Shown here piece by piece: positions 1-15,000 of a stretch of 64,000 nucleotides of DNA. The stretch is taken from assembly GCF_009914755.1 (NCBI RefSeq), contig NC_060938.1. The stretch is one strand, 5' to 3'. A program made the translations under genes and the position numbers. The stretch's first letter is position 1. Every line of letters begins with the position of its first letter. The DNA comes from the human T2T-CHM13v2.0 reference genome, Homo sapiens. The notes beneath the pieces were generated by a model. The model was not told where the DNA came from. It saw only the letters and a list, made by a program, of their open reading frames with translations, and made no database searches.

Positions 1-1800
1 ATAGAATGGAATGTACTCGAACATAATGGAAAAGAATGGAATGTAATGCAATAGAATCAAATGGAATGCAAGGGAAACGAATGGCATGGAATCGAACGGA
101 ATGGACGCGAATGGATTGGAATCAAATTGAATGGGAAGGAATGGAATGGAATGGAATTGAATGGAATCGAACGGAATGGATTTGAATGGAATGGAATGTA
201 ATCGAATGCAATTTAATGGAATGGAATTGAATGGAATTGAATGGATGGAATGGAATGAAGTGGAAAGGAATGGAATGGAATGGGATGGAATGGAATGGAA
301 TGCAATCAAAAGGAATATAATCGAAAGGAATGGAATCAAATGGCATCAAATGAAATCAAATGGAATGTGGTGAAGTGGAGTGGAGTGGAATGGAATGGAA
401 AGAAATGGAGTGGAATGTAAATGAATGAAGTGTAGTGGACTGGATTGGAATGGAGTGGAATGGAATGGAATGGAATGGGAAGAAATGGAATTGAACGGAG
501 TGGAGTGGAGTGGAATGGACTGGAATGGAATAGAATGAACTCGAATGGAATGTACTCGAAAGGTATGGAATCAAATGTAATGGAATCGAATGGAATGTTA
601 TTGAATGGAATGGAATGGAACGGAATGGAATGGACTCGAACAGAATGGAATGGAATGTAATGTACTTGAATGGAATTGACTCAAAAGGAATGGACTCGAA
701 TGGAATGGAATGGAATGGACTGGAATGGAATGGACTCGAAAAGAATGGACTGGAATGCAATGTAATCGAATGGAATTGACTCAAAAGGCATGGACTGGAA
801 TGGAATGGAATGGAATGGAATGAACTCGAATGGAAGGGACTCTAATAGAATGGACTGGAATGGAATGGACTCGAATAGAATGGAAACGAAAGGAGTGGAA
901 TCGAACTGAACTGACGGGAATGGAATGGAATCGAAAGGAATGGAATCGAATGGCCTGGAATCGAATTGAAGGGACGGGAATGGAATGGAATAGAAAGAAA
1001 TGGAATCGAATGGAATGGAATCGAAATGAATGGAAACAAATCACATCAAATAGAATCAAATGGAACGCGGAGAAGTGGAGTAGAGTGGAGTGGAGTGGAA
1101 TGGAATGGGGTGGAATGGAATTGAATGGAGTGTAGTGGAGTGGAGTGGAATGTAGCGAAATGTAAAGGAATGGGAAGGAATGGCATTGAACGGAATGTAG
1201 TGGAGTGAAATGGAGTTGACTGCAGGGTAGTGGAGTGGAGTGGATTGGAATAGAATGCACTGGAGTGGAAAGGAATTGAATGGAATGCAATGGAAGTGAA
1301 TGGAATGGACTCATAAGGAATGGAATCAAATGGAGTGGAATCAAATGGCATCAAATGGAAGTGAATGGAATGCTGTCAAGTAGAGTAGGGTGGAATGGAA
1401 CGGAGAGGAATTTAATGGGGTGGAATGGAATTGAATGGAGTGGAGTGGAGTGAAATGGAGTGGAATGGAGAGGAGTGGAGTGGAGTGGAGTGGAATCGAG
1501 TGGAATGGAATATAATAAAGTGGAGTGGAATGGAGTTTAAAACAGGAGTGTTTGGAGTGGAGTGGAAAGGAGTGGAGTGGAGTGAAATGGAGTGGACTGG
1601 AGTGGAATGCAATGGAGTGGATTTTAATGGAATAAAGTGGAGTGGACTGGAGTGGAGTGGAGTGAAAGATGCGGATTGGAATGGCATGGTGTGGAGTGGA
1701 GTTGATTTGAGTGGAGTGGAATGGAATGGATTGGAATGTAGTGGACTGGAGTGGAATGGAGTGGAGTGGAGTGAAATGGAATCTACTGAATTGGAGTAGA

Positions 1801-2580
1801 GTGGAGTGGAATGAAGTGGAACGGAGTGGATTGGAGTGGAATGGAGTGGATTTGAGTGAAGTGGAATGGATTGGAATATAGCGGAGTAGAGTGGAATGGA
1901 ATGGAGTGGAGTGGAGTGGAGAGGAGTGGAGTTCAATGGAGTGGATTCTAGTGCAGTGGAGTGGATTGGAATGGATTGGAGTGGAATGCTATGGAAAGTA
2001 GTGGAGTGTAGACGAGTGTAGTGGAATTGAATGCAATGGAATGGAAAGGACTGGAATGGACTGGACAGGAATTGAATGGAATGCAATGGAATGGAATTGA
2101 AAGGAGAGGAATCGAGTGGAATGGAGTGGAATAGAATGGAGAGAAGTGGAATGGAATGAAATGGACTGGAGTGGACAGGAGCGGAGTGGAATGAAGTGGA
2201 ACGGAGGGGAATGGAGTGGAATCGAGTGGATTTGAGTGAAGTGGAATGGATTGGAATATAGCGGAGTAGAGTGGAATGGAATGGAGTGGAGTGGAGTGGA
2301 GAGGAGTGGAGTTCAATGGAGTGGATTCTAGTGCAGTGGAGTGGAATGGAGTGGAGTGGATTGGAATGGAATGAATCAGAGTGGAATGCAATGGAAAGAA
2401 GTGGAGTGTAGACGAATGTAGTGGAATTTAATGCAATGGAATGGAAAGGACTGGAATGGACTGGACAGGAATTGAATGGAATGCAATGGAATGGAATTGA
2501 AAGGAGTGGAATCGAGTGGAAGGGAGTGGAATAGAAGGGAGAGAAGTGGAATGGAATGGAATGGAGTGGAGTGGACTGGA
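1801..2580 (+). repeat. Tandem duplication, two copies of ~380-400 bp
   Basis: TTTGAGTGAAGTGGAATGGATTGGAATATAGCGGAGTAGA occurs at 1851 and 2231 (offset 380). GTGGAGTGTAGACGA occurs at 2001 and 2401 (offset 400). Confidence 0.9.
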
Positions 2581-4310
2581 GTGGAATGTAATGGAATTGA
2601 ATGCAATGGAATGAAATGGAAAGCTTTGGAATGGCTCGAATGGAATGGACTGGAATGGAATGAACTCGAATGGAAAGGAGTCGTATGGAATAGAATGAAA
2701 TGGATTGGATTGGAACGGAATGAAATGGAATGGAATGGAATGGAATCGAACGGAATGTACTTAAATGGAATGAACTCTAAAGTAATGGATTTGAATGGAA
2801 TGGAATCGAATGCAACGGAATTGAATGGCATGGAAACGAACGGCATCGAATGAAATCAAACTGAATGCATTGAAGTGGAGTGGAGTGGAATGGAGAGGAA
2901 TGGAATGGGTGGAGTGGAATTGAATGGAGTGGAGTGGAGTGGAGTTCAGTGGAGTGAAATGGAATGGAATGGGAAGGAATAGATCTGAATGGAGTGGAAT
3001 GGAGTGGAGTGGATCGGACTAAAATGGAAAGGACTGGAATGGAATGGAACGGAATGGAATGCACTCGAATGGAATGGACTCGAATGGAATGGAATTGAAT
3101 GGAATTGAATCAAATGGAGTAGAAAGGAATCGATTGGAATCGAATGGAATTCGTAGAAGTGGAGTGGATTGGTGTTGAACAGAGTGGAATGGAATGGGGT
3201 GGGATGGAACAGAATGGAGTGGAGTGGAAGGTAATGGAGTGGAATGGAATGGAATGAGAAGGAATGGACCTGAACAGAGTGGAGAGGAGTGCAGTGAAGT
3301 GGAGTGGAGGTGAATGCAATGGAGTGGAATGAGCTGGAATTGAATGGACTTGAATAGAATGGACAGGACTGGAATGGAATGGAATGCAGTGGAATGGAAT
3401 GGAATAGAATAAAAAGGATGGGAATTGACAGGCATCGAATGGGATCGAGTGGAATGTGGTGAAGTGGAGTGGAGGGGGATGGAATGGAATGGAATGTCCT
3501 GGAATGGAATTGAATGGAGTGGAGTGGAGTGGAATGGGGTGGAATGGAATGGAATGGGAAGGATTGGAATTTAACTGAGTGGAGTGGAGTGGAATGGAGA
3601 GGAATGGAATGGACAGGACTTGAATGAAATGGACTTGAATGGAATGGAATGGAATTGAATGGAGTTGAATGGAATGGAATCGAAAGGAATGGAATTGAAT
3701 GTAATGGAATAGAATGGAATGGAATTGAATGGACTGAAATTGAATGAAATGGAATTGAATGGAATGGAATTGAAAGGAATGGAATCGAATGGAATGGAAT
3801 CAAAAGGAATTTAATCGAAGAGAATGCAATAGAAGGGAATGGAATGGAATGGAATGAAATGGCTTCGAATGAAATCGAATGGAATGCAGTTATGTGGAGT
3901 GAAGTGGAATGGAATGGAGTGGAATGGAATGGAGTGGAATGGAATTGAATGTGGTGGAGTAGAGTGGAGTATAATGGAGTCGAATGGAATGGAATGGGAA
4001 GGAATGGAATTGAAAGGAGTGGAGTGGATTGGAGTGGATTGTAATGCAATGGAATGGATTGGAGAGGAGTGGAGTGGAGTTGAATGGCGTGTAATGGCAT
4101 GGAATGGAATGGAATGGAATAGAATAGAATGGAATGGAATGGTGTTGAGTGGATTGGAGTTGAGTGGAATGGCATGGAATGGAATTGAATGGAATGGAAT
4201 TGTGTGGAGTGGAGAGGATTCAACCGGAATGCAGTTGAATGGAAAGGAATGGAATGCAATGGAAAGGAATGCAGTGGATAGGAGTGGAAAGACATGGAAA
4301 GGAACTTAAT

Positions 4311-4700
4311 GGAATAGAATGGAATGGGAAGGAATGGAATTGAACAAATTGTTGTGAAGTGGAGTTGAGTGGAATGGAATGGAATGGAATGGTATGAAAT
4401 GGAACGGAACGGAGTGGAAAGGAGTGGAATGATATGAAAAGTAAAGGAATGGAATAGAATGGAATGGGAAGGAATGGAATTGAACAAATTGGAGTGAAGT
4501 GGAGTTGAGTGGAATGGAATGGAATTGAATGGAATGGAATGGAATGGAATGGAATGGAATGGAATGGTATGGAATGGAATGGAATGGAGTGGAAAGGAGT
4601 GGAATGATATGAAAAGTAAAGGAATGGAATAGAATGGAATGGGAAGGAATGGAATTGAACAAATTGGACTGAAGTGGAGTTGAGTGGAATGGAATGGAAT
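4311..4700 (+). repeat. Local triplication of a 140-175 bp unit
   Basis: TGAACAAATTG occurs at 4341, 4481 and 4656. GATATGAAAAGTAAAGG occurs at 4431 and 4606. Confidence 0.85.
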
Positions 4701-7695
4701 GCAATGGAATGGAAAGGAATGGAATGCAGTGGAATGGAGTTGAAAGGAATATAGCGTAGTGGATTTGGGTGGAGTGGAATGAAATGGAATGGAAAGGAAG
4801 GGAATGGAAGCCAAGGAAATGGAATGGAATGGAATGGAATTGAAAGGAATGGACTCAAATGGAATGGACCCTAATGGAATGCACCAGAATGGAATGGACT
4901 GGAATGGAATGGAATGCACTCGAATAGAATGCAATCAAACTGGAATGCAATCTAATGGGACAGAATCTAATGGAATGGAATAAAATGGAATGGAAAAAAA
5001 TGCAATGGAATGGAATGGAAAGGAATTGATTAGCATTGAGTGGAATCGAATGGAATACGGTGAAGTTGAGTGAATTGGAATAGAGTGTAATGGAATGGGG
5101 TGGAATGGAATTGAATGGATAGGAGTGGAGTGGAGTGGAATCGACTGGAAAAGAATGGAATGGGAAGGAATAGAATTGAACAGAGTGGAGTGGAGTGGAA
5201 TGCAATGGAATTTAAAGGAATGGAGTGGAGTGGAGTGAAGATTTGAGTGGAACGCAATTGAATGGAATGGAATGCAGTGATGTGCAGTGGAGTGGAGTGG
5301 AGTGGATTGGAATGGAGTGGAGGGGAATGGAATGGAGTGGAATGGAGTGGAGTGGATTTGAGTGGAGTGGAATGGACTGGACAGGAATGGAATGGAATGG
5401 AATGGAATTGAAGGGATTGCAATGGAACGGAAGGGAACTGAATGAAATGGAATGGAATGGAATGGATTGGGGTGGAGTGTAGTGCAGTGGAGTGAAATGC
5501 AAAGTAAAGGAATGAAATAAAATGGAGTGTAGTGGAGTGGAGTGGAATGGATTGGAGTTGATTGGAGTGGAGTGGACTGGAATGGATTGGAGTGGAGTGG
5601 AATGAACTGCAGCAGAGTGCAAAAGAATGGAATGGAAAGGAATGGAGTGCAGCTGAGTGGAGTGGAATGGAATGGAATGGAATAGAGTGGAATGGAATGT
5701 AATCGAATGGAATGGACTGCAAAGGAATGGACTTGAATAGAATGGACTCGAATGAAATGGAATCTTACAGAATGGAGTCAAATGGAATGGATTCGAATGG
5801 AATGCAAGCGAGTGGAATGGAACCGAATGGCATTGAACGGATTCGAATGGAATGATGTGTAGTGGAGTGGAGTGGAGTGAAATGGAATGAGGTGGAATGG
5901 AGTTGAATAGAGTGGAGTGGAGTGGAAGGAATGGAATGGAATGGAAAGGGAAGTAATGGAATTGAACAGAGAGGAGTGGAGAGGAGTGGTGTGGAGTGGA
6001 GACGAGTTCAATGGAATGGAATGGAATGAAGTGGAGGGGAATGGAGTGGAGTGTAATGGAATGGAGTGGACTGGATTGGAATGGAGTGGAGTGGAATAGA
6101 TTGGAATGGAGTGGAGTGGAGGGGAATGGAATGTAATGGAAAGGAATGGAGTGGAGTAAAGTCGAGTGGAGTGGAGTGGAATGGAATGAAATGCAATGGA
6201 ATTGAATGGACTGGAATGGAATGGATTCGAATGGCATTGACTCAAATGGAATAGAATCAAATGCTATGGAATTGAATGGAATGGAATCAAACGGAATGAA
6301 ATCGAATTGCAGCGACTGGAATCAAATGGAATGCAGTGAAGGGGAGAGCATTGGATTGCAATGGAGAGGAATGGAATGGGGTGAAAAGGAACTCAATGGA
6401 CTGGAGTGGAGTGAAGTTTAATGGAATGTAATGGAATGGAACGGGTAGGAATGGAAGAGAACGGAGTGGATTGGAGTTGAGTGTAATGGAGTGGAATGGA
6501 ATAGAATGTAATGGAATGAAATTGAATGGAATGGACTCAAATGGAATGGAATCAAATGGAATGGAAAGAAATTGAATGGAATCCATTGGAAAGTAATCAA
6601 ATGGAATGGAATCAAATGGAATGGATTGAATGGAATGGAATCGAAAGTTATCCTAAGAAATCAAATGGAATGCTTTGAAGTGGAGTGGAGTGGAGAGGAA
6701 TGGATTCGAATGGAATGGTTTAGAATGGAATGGAATAGAGTAGAGAACAGTGGAGCAGAATGAAGTGGAATGGAGTGGAATGGGAAGGAATGGAATTCTA
6801 CGGAGAGGAGTGGATTGGAGTGGGATGGAGTGTTATGCAATGGAATGCAATGGAATGGAGTGGAGTGGAGTGGAGTCGGGTGGAGTGGAGTGGATTGGAA
6901 TGCAACAGAGTTGAGAGAATTGGAGTGGAGAGGAATGGAGTGGCCTGGAATCGAATGGAGTGGACTGGATCGCAGTGGGACAGAATGGAATGGATGGGAG
7001 TGGAGTGGAGTTTAGTGGAATGGAATGGATGGGAGTGGAGTGGAGTGGAGTTAAGTGGAATGGAATGGAATGGAATGGAGTGGAAAGGAATGGAACCGAA
7101 TGGAATGGACTGGAATGGAATGGAATCAAACCGAATGGAGTCAAATGGCATGGATTTGAATGGAATGCAATCGAGTGGAATGTAATCAAATGAAATCGAA
7201 TGGAATTGAATGGAGTGCAGTGAAGCGGAGTCGAGTGGAATGGATTGGAACGGAATGGGGCGTAATGTAATAGAATGGAGTGGAGTGGAATGGAGTGGAA
7301 TGAAACGGAAAGTGAATGAATGGAATTGAATGGAGTGATGTGGAGTGGAGTGTATTGGAGTATAATGGAATGAAATTGAATTTAATGGAATGAATGGAAT
7401 GTATTTGAAATGAATGGACTAGAATGGAATGGATTCGAATTGAATGGAATGGACTGGAATGGAATGGAATGGAGTGGAAAGGAATGAAACCAAATGGAGT
7501 ATAGTGGAGTGGAGTGGATTGGAGTGGAGTGGAAAGGAGTGGATTAGAGTGGAATAGAGTGGAATGGCATGGATTTGAGTGGAATGGAAAGGAATGATGT
7601 GGAGAGGAATGGAATGGAATGGAATGGAATGGAATGGAATGGAATAGAATGGATTGGAATGGAATGAAATGCAATGGAATGGAATGGAATGGAAT

Positions 7696-7825
7696 GGATT
7701 CGATTGGAATGAAATGGAATGGAGTAGAATGCAATGAAGTGGAATGCATTGGAATGGAATGGATTCGATTGGAATGAAATGGAGTGGAGTAGAATGGAAT
7801 GAAGTGGAATGCATTGGAATGGAAT
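7696..7825 (+). repeat. 65-bp tandem duplication
   Basis: GGATTCGATTGGAATGAAATGGA...GAAGTGGAATGCATTGG starts at 7696 and again at 7761. Confidence 0.85.
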
Positions 7826-10800
7826 GGAATGGAATGGAAAGAAGTTGAGTGGAATGGAATGAAGCAGAGTTGAATAGAATGCAATGGAATGGAATGGAAT
7901 GCAATGCAATGAAATGGAATGGAAAGGAATCGAATGGGATGGATTTGAATGGAATAGAATCAAATGGAATTGGATCGCCTCGAAAGGAATCGCATGGAAT
8001 GGAATCGCATGGCATCTAATGGAATTGAATGGAATGTGGTAAAGTGGAATGGAGTGGAGTGGAATGGAATGGCGTGCATTGGAATTGAACTGAGTGGAGG
8101 GGATTGGAATGGAATGGAGTAGAATGGAATAGATTGGGAAGGAACGGAATTGAATGGAGTGGAGTGGAGAGGAGTGGAATGAAGGGAATGGAATGCAATG
8201 AAGGGAGTGGAGTAGAGTGGAGTGGAATGGAGTGGAGTTGAGTGGAAAGCAATGGAATGGAATGGAGTGGAATGGAATGGAATGGAGTGGAGTGGAATGG
8301 AGTGGAATGGAAGGGAATTGACTGGACTGGAATGGAATGGAATGAAATGGACTCGAATGGAATGGACTCGAATGTAACGGACTGTACTGGAATGATCTGG
8401 AATGGAATGGACTCGAATGGAATGGAATTTAAAGGAATGGACTCGAATGGAAAGGAATCGAATAGAGTGGAACCGAATGGAATGGAAACGAAGGGAATCG
8501 AATGAAATGAAATCGAATGGAATGGAAACGAATGGAATGGAAAGGAATGGACTGGAATGGAATGGAATGGAAAGATATCGAATGAAAAGAAATGGAATGG
8601 AATAGACTCATATGGAATTGACTCGAATGTAGTGGACAGGAAAGCAATGGACTCGAATGGAATGGACTACAATGCAATGGACTCAAAACGAATGGACTCG
8701 AATGGAATGGAATCGAGTGGAAAGCAATCGAATGTAAAGCAATTGAACAGAGTGGAATCGAATGGAAAGGAGATGAATGGAATAGAATGGAAAGGAATGA
8801 ACTCAAATGAATTGGACTCAAGTGGAATGGACTAGAATGGAACGGACTTGAATGGAATGAAAAGGAATAGACTGGAAATAAATGAATTGGAATGGAATGG
8901 ACTCGAATGGAATGGACTAGATTCGAATGGAATGGAAAAGAATGGAATGGATTCGAATGGAATGTGATGGAATGGAATGGACTCCAATGGAGTAGACTCA
9001 AATGTATGGAATCAAATGGAATGGAATAGAATGCAATGGAATTGAATGGAATGGGATTGAATGGAAAGGGATCAAATAGAATGGGATCGAATGGAATGGA
9101 ATCAAATGGAATGGAATCGAATGGCATCAAATGTAATCGAATACAATGCGGTGAACTGGATTGGAGTTGACTGGAATGGATTGGAATGGAATGGGGTTGA
9201 ATGGAATTGAATGGAGTGGAGTGGAGTGGAAGCCAGTGGAAAGAAATGGAATGGGAAAAAATGGAACTGAACTGAGTGCAGAGGAATGGAGTGGAATGGA
9301 ATGCAATGGAAGGGAAACGAGTGGAGGGGAAGGGAATGGATTGGAGTGGAGTGGAATGTAATGGAATGGAAAGGAATGGAGTGGAATCGAATGGACTCGA
9401 GTGGAATAAACTCGAATGGAATGGACTCGTGTAGAATGGACGCGAATGGAATGGAATCGAGTGGAATGGACTCGATTCGAAAGGACTCTGATGGAATGGA
9501 CTACAATGGAATGGAATAGAATGTAATGAAATGGAATGGAATAGTATGGAATAGAATGGACTCGAATGGAATGGACTGGAATGGAATGGATTCGAATGGA
9601 ATGGACTGAAAGGGAATGTACTCGACTTGAATGGACTCGAATGGAATGGAATCGGATAGAATGGAATTGAATGCAATGGATTGGAATGCAATGGAATGGA
9701 ATGGAATGAAATCGAATTAAATTGAATGGATTCAAATGGAATTGAATCAAATGGAATGGAATGGAATAGAATGAAGAGGAATAGAATAGAATGGAATAAA
9801 ATGGAATGGACGCAAATGGAATGACTCGAATGGAATGGGATCAAATGGAATGAAATTGAATGGAATGGAATTGAATGGTATTGAATGGAATGCGGTGAAG
9901 TAGATTGGATTGGAGTGGAAAGGAGTGGAATGGAATTGAATGGAGTGGAGTGGAGTGGAATGGAGTGGAATGTAATGGAATTGGAAGGAATGGAATAGAA
10001 CGGATTGGACTGGAGCGGAGGGGATTGGAATGGAATGCAGTGGAATTGAAGAGAATGCAATGGAATGGAATGGAATGGAATGGAATGGATTGGAATGCAA
10101 TGGAGTGGAATGGAGAGAAATGGAAAGGAGTGGAGTAGAGAGGAATGGAACAGAATGGACTCGAGTGGAATGGACTCAAATGGAAGGGACCCGAATGGAA
10201 TGGAATCACACGAAATGGAATGGAATGGAATAGAATGGAGTGATATCGAATGGAATGGAATGGAATAGAATGGATTTAAATTGATTGGACTCGAATGTAA
10301 TGGACTCGAAGGGAATGGAATTGAATTGAATGGAATCGAAAGGAATGCAATGGAAAGGAATGGAATCAAATAGAATGGAATTGAATCGAAGGGACCGGAA
10401 TGGGATGGAATAAAATGGAATGGACTGGAACACAATGGAATAGAATGGAATACAATCGAACCGAACGGAATGAAATGAAATGGAATGGAATGGATTGGAA
10501 AGGTATGGAATGGCATGGAATCGAATGGAATGGAAATGAAAGGAATGGAATCAAACGTAATGGAGTCAAATGGAATGGAATCTAACTGAATGGAATCAAA
10601 TGGCATTGAATGGAATCGAATGGAATCAAACGGTATCAAATGCAATGCAGTGAATTGGAGTGGAGTGGGATGGAGTGGAATGGAATGGAATTGAATTGAT
10701 TGGAGTGGAATGGAGTGGAATGGAATCGAATGAAATGTAATGGAGTGGAATTGAGTGAAATGCATTGGAATGGAATGGAATCGAATGGAATGGAATGCAC

Positions 10801-11881
10801 TCGAATGGAATGGAATGGAATGGGATGGGATGGAATGCAATGGAATGGAATTGAAAGGAATGGAATGGAATGGAATGGAATGGAATGGAATGGAATGGAA
10901 TGAAATGCAATCGAACGGAATGGAATTGAACACAATGGAATAGAATTAAATGCAATGGAGTGGAAAGGAATGGACTCCAATGGAATGGACTCGAATGGTA
11001 TGTACTCGAATGGAATAGTATTGAAAGGAAGGACTCTAATAGAATGGAATCGAATGGAATGCAATCAAATGGAATGGAATCCACTGTCATAGAATGGAAT
11101 CGAATGAAATCAAAAGGCATCAAATGGAATGCGGGGAAGTAGAGTGGGGTGGAATGGATTGGAATGGAATGCGGTGGAATGGAATTGAATGAAGTGAAAT
11201 GGGGTGTATTTGAATGGAGTGGAAGGGAATGGAATGGACTGGATTGGTGTGGAATGGAGTGGAATGAAGCAGAATGGAATAGACTGTAAAGGAATGGAAG
11301 GGAATGGAATGGACTCATGGAATGGAATGGAATGGAATGGAATGGAAAGGAATGCACCCAAAGAGAATGGAATCGAATGAAATGGAATTGAAAAGAATGG
11401 AATAGAATGGATTGGAATGGAATGGAATTGACTCGAATGTAGTGGAATGGAACAAAACGGAATTGGATGGAATGGAATCGAATGGACAGGAATTGAATGG
11501 AATGGAATCGATTGGAATAGAATCGAATGGAATGGAATCAAATTGCACTGAATGAATTGAATGGAATGCTGTGAAGGGTAGTGAAGTGGAGTGTAATAGA
11601 ATGGAATGGAATGGAGTGGAGAGGAATGGAATGGAGTGGAGTGGATTGGAGTGGAATGGAATGCAATGGACTCAAGGGGAATGGAGTCAAATGGAAGGGA
11701 CTCGATTGGAATAGAATCGAAAGGAATGGCTTTGAATGGTATGGAATTGAATGGAATGGAATGGAATGGAATGGAAATAATGGAATGGAATGGACTTGTA
11801 TGGAGTAGACTGTAACAGAATGGACTCGAATGTAATGGGCTAGAATGGAAGGGACTCAAATGGAATGGAATCGAATGGAAT

Positions 11882-12085
11882 GGACTCAAAAGGAATGGAC
11901 TCGAGAGGAATGGAATTGAAAAGAATGGAATCGATTGGAATAAAATCGAATGGTAAGCAATAGTATGGAATGGAATCGAATGGAACGGACTCAAAAGGAA
12001 TGGACTTGAGAGGAATGGAATTGAAAGGAATGGAATCGATTGGAATAAAATCGATTGGTAAGCAATAGTATGGAAACGAATCGAA
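11882..12085 (+). repeat. 105-bp tandem duplication
   Basis: GGACTCAAAAGGAATGGACT(C/T)GAGAGG...TGGTAAGCAATAGTATGGAA starts at 11882 and again at 11987. Confidence 0.9.
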
Positions 12086-15000
12086 TGGAATATAATCGAA
12101 TGGAATGGACTGGAGTGGAGAGGACTGGAAAGGAATGGACTCGAATGGAATGCATTGCAATGGAATGGACTCAAATGGAATGGAATCGAATAGAACAGAA
12201 TCGAATCGAATGGAATCAAAAGGAATGTAATGCAAGGGAATGCAATGGAATTGAACAGAATGGAATTGAATGGAATGGAATCCATCGGAATGGAATGGAA
12301 TGCAATGGAATCGAACAGAATGGAATGTAAGAGAATAGACTCAAAGGAATGGAATTGAACAGAATGGAATCGAATGGAATTGAATCAAATAAAATGGAGT
12401 AGAATGGAATGGAATCAAACGCAATGGAATCGAACAGAACAGAATAAAATGGCATCAAAAGAAATCTAATGGTATGTGGTTAAATGGAGTGGAGAGGAAT
12501 GGAATGGAGTGGAATGGAATGGGGTGGAATGGAATTGAAAGGGGTGGAGTGGAGTGCAGTGGAATGGAGTTGAATGGAACGAAATGGGAAGGACTGGAAT
12601 TGAATGGAGTGGAGTGGAGTGTAATGCAATGGAAAGGAAAGGAATGGAGTGGAGTGGAATCGAGTGGAGTGGAATGGAGTGGATTGCCATAGAATGCAAT
12701 GGAATGGAATGGAATGGAATGGAATGGAATGGGAAAGAAGAGAATTGATCAAACCGGAGTGAAGTGGAGTTGGGCGGAATGGAATGGAATGGAATGCAAT
12801 GAGTGGAATGAACTGGAATGGAATGGAGTGGAGTGGAGTGGAGTGGTGTGAAGTGGAGTGGTGTGGAAAGCAATTGAATGTAATGGAATGGAGTGATGTG
12901 GAGTGGAGTGGAGTGAGTGGAGTGGAGTGTAATGGAGTGGAACAGGGAGGAGTGGAGTGGAGTGGAATGGAGTGGAATGCAATGGAATGGAATGCAATGG
13001 AGTAGTGTGGGTTGGAGTGGAGTGGAATGGAGTGAAATGGAATGGAATGGAATGCAATGGAATAGAATTGAGTGGAATCATTCGAAAGGATTATAATGGA
13101 ATGGAATGGATTGGAATGGAATGGAAGGGAGTGGAATTGAACAGAATGGAATGTAACTGAATGCAATGTAATGGAGTGCAATGGAGTGGAGTGGATTAGA
13201 GTGGAGTGGAGTATAGTGGAATGGACCGGAGTTGAGTGGAGTGGAGTGGACTGGAATGGAGTGGAGTGGAATGGAATGGAGTGCTGTGGAGTGGATTGGA
13301 GTGGAGTGGGATAGAATCAAATGGAATGGAATGGAGTGGAGTGGAGTGGAATGGAATGGAATGGAATGGAGTGGAATGGAATGGAATCCAAAGGAATGGA
13401 CAGGAAAGAAATGGACACGAATAGAATGGACTCGAATGGAATGGAATCGTATGGAATGGAGTCAATTGGAATGGATTTGAATGGAAGGCAATCGAGTGGA
13501 ATGGAATCAAATGGCATCAAATAGATTCAAATGCAATGCGGTGAAGTGAAGTGGAGTGGAATGCAATGGAATGAAATGGGGTGTAACGGAACTCAATGGA
13601 GTGGAGTGTAATGTATTGGAATGGAAAGGAAAGGGAAGGAATGGAATTGAACGGAGTAGTGTGGAGTGGAGTAAAGTGGAGTGGAAAGGAAGGCAATGGA
13701 ATGGAATGGAATGGAATAGAATGGAATGGAGTTGAATTCAGTGGAATGGAATGGAATGGACTGGAATGGAATTGAATGGAGTGGAGTGGAGTAGAACAGA
13801 ATGGAATGGAAGGCAATGGAATGGACTCAGATGGAATGGACACAAATGAAATGGAATCGATTGGAATGGAATGGAATGGTCTCGAAAGGAATAGACTGTA
13901 ATGGAATGGACTGGAATGGAATGGATTCAAATGGAAAAGACTGGAATGAATTGGACTTGAAAGGATTGGACTGGAAAGTAATGGACACGAATGAAATGGA
14001 ATCAAATGCAAAGCAATTGAATGGAAAGTAATCGAATGGAAAGGAATCGAGTGCAATGGATTCGAGTGGAATGGAATGGAATCGAATGGAATGGACTGGA
14101 ATGGAATGGACTCCAATGGAATGGAATCAAATGGAATGGATTCCAATGGAATGGAATGGAATTGAAAAGAATGGAATAGAAAGGAATGCAATGGAGTGGA
14201 AAAGAATAGAATGGAGTGGACTCGAATGGAATGGAAACGAATGGAATGGAATCAAATGGAATGGATTCGAATGGAAAGGAATAGAAATTTATGGCATCGC
14301 ATGGAATTGAATGGAAACGAATGGCATTGAATGGAATCGAAAGCAATGCGGTGAAGTGGAGTGGAGTGGAATGGAGTGGAATTCAGTGGGGTGGAATGGA
14401 ATTGAAAGGAATGGAACAGAGTGGAATGGAATGGAGTGGAATGGAATGGAAGGAGAAAGAATGGATTTGAATGGAGTGGAGTGGAGTGGACATGAGTGGA
14501 ATGCACTGGAATGGAATGGAGTAGAGTGGCGTGGAGTGTAATATAATAGAAGGTACTGGAGTAGAGTGAGGTGGATTGTAGTGGAGTGGAGTGGAATTGA
14601 ATGGAATGGAGGGGAGTGGAAAGGAATGGAATGGAATGGATTGGAGTGGTGTGGAGTGGAGTGAAGTAGAGTGGAATGCAATGAAATGTAATGGAATGGA
14701 ATGGACACGAATGGAATGGTATCGAATGGAAAGGAATCGAATGGCAATGAATGGAATCGAATGGAGTGCAGTGAAGGGGACTGGATGGCAGTGGAACGGT
14801 GTGGAGTCGAATGATGTGGAAAGGAATTGAATGGAGTGGAGTGTAGTGGAATGAAGTGGAATCGAATGGAATTGTTAGTAATGGAATTGAATGCAGTGGA
14901 GTGCAGTGGAGTGGAGTGGAATGGAATGTAATGAAATGGAATCAAATGGAATGGATTGAAATGGAGTGGAATTGAGTGGAATTGAATGACGTGGACTGGA

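Noticed and set aside
8429-10933. 834-aa minus-strand ORF and other long HSIPF-repeat ORFs (e.g. 2946-4934, 24740-26038)
   Set aside because: Pure (ATTCC)n and (GGAAT)n have no stop codon in any frame, so long overlapping ORFs are expected. The products are just the translated pentamer, with no domain or gene structure.
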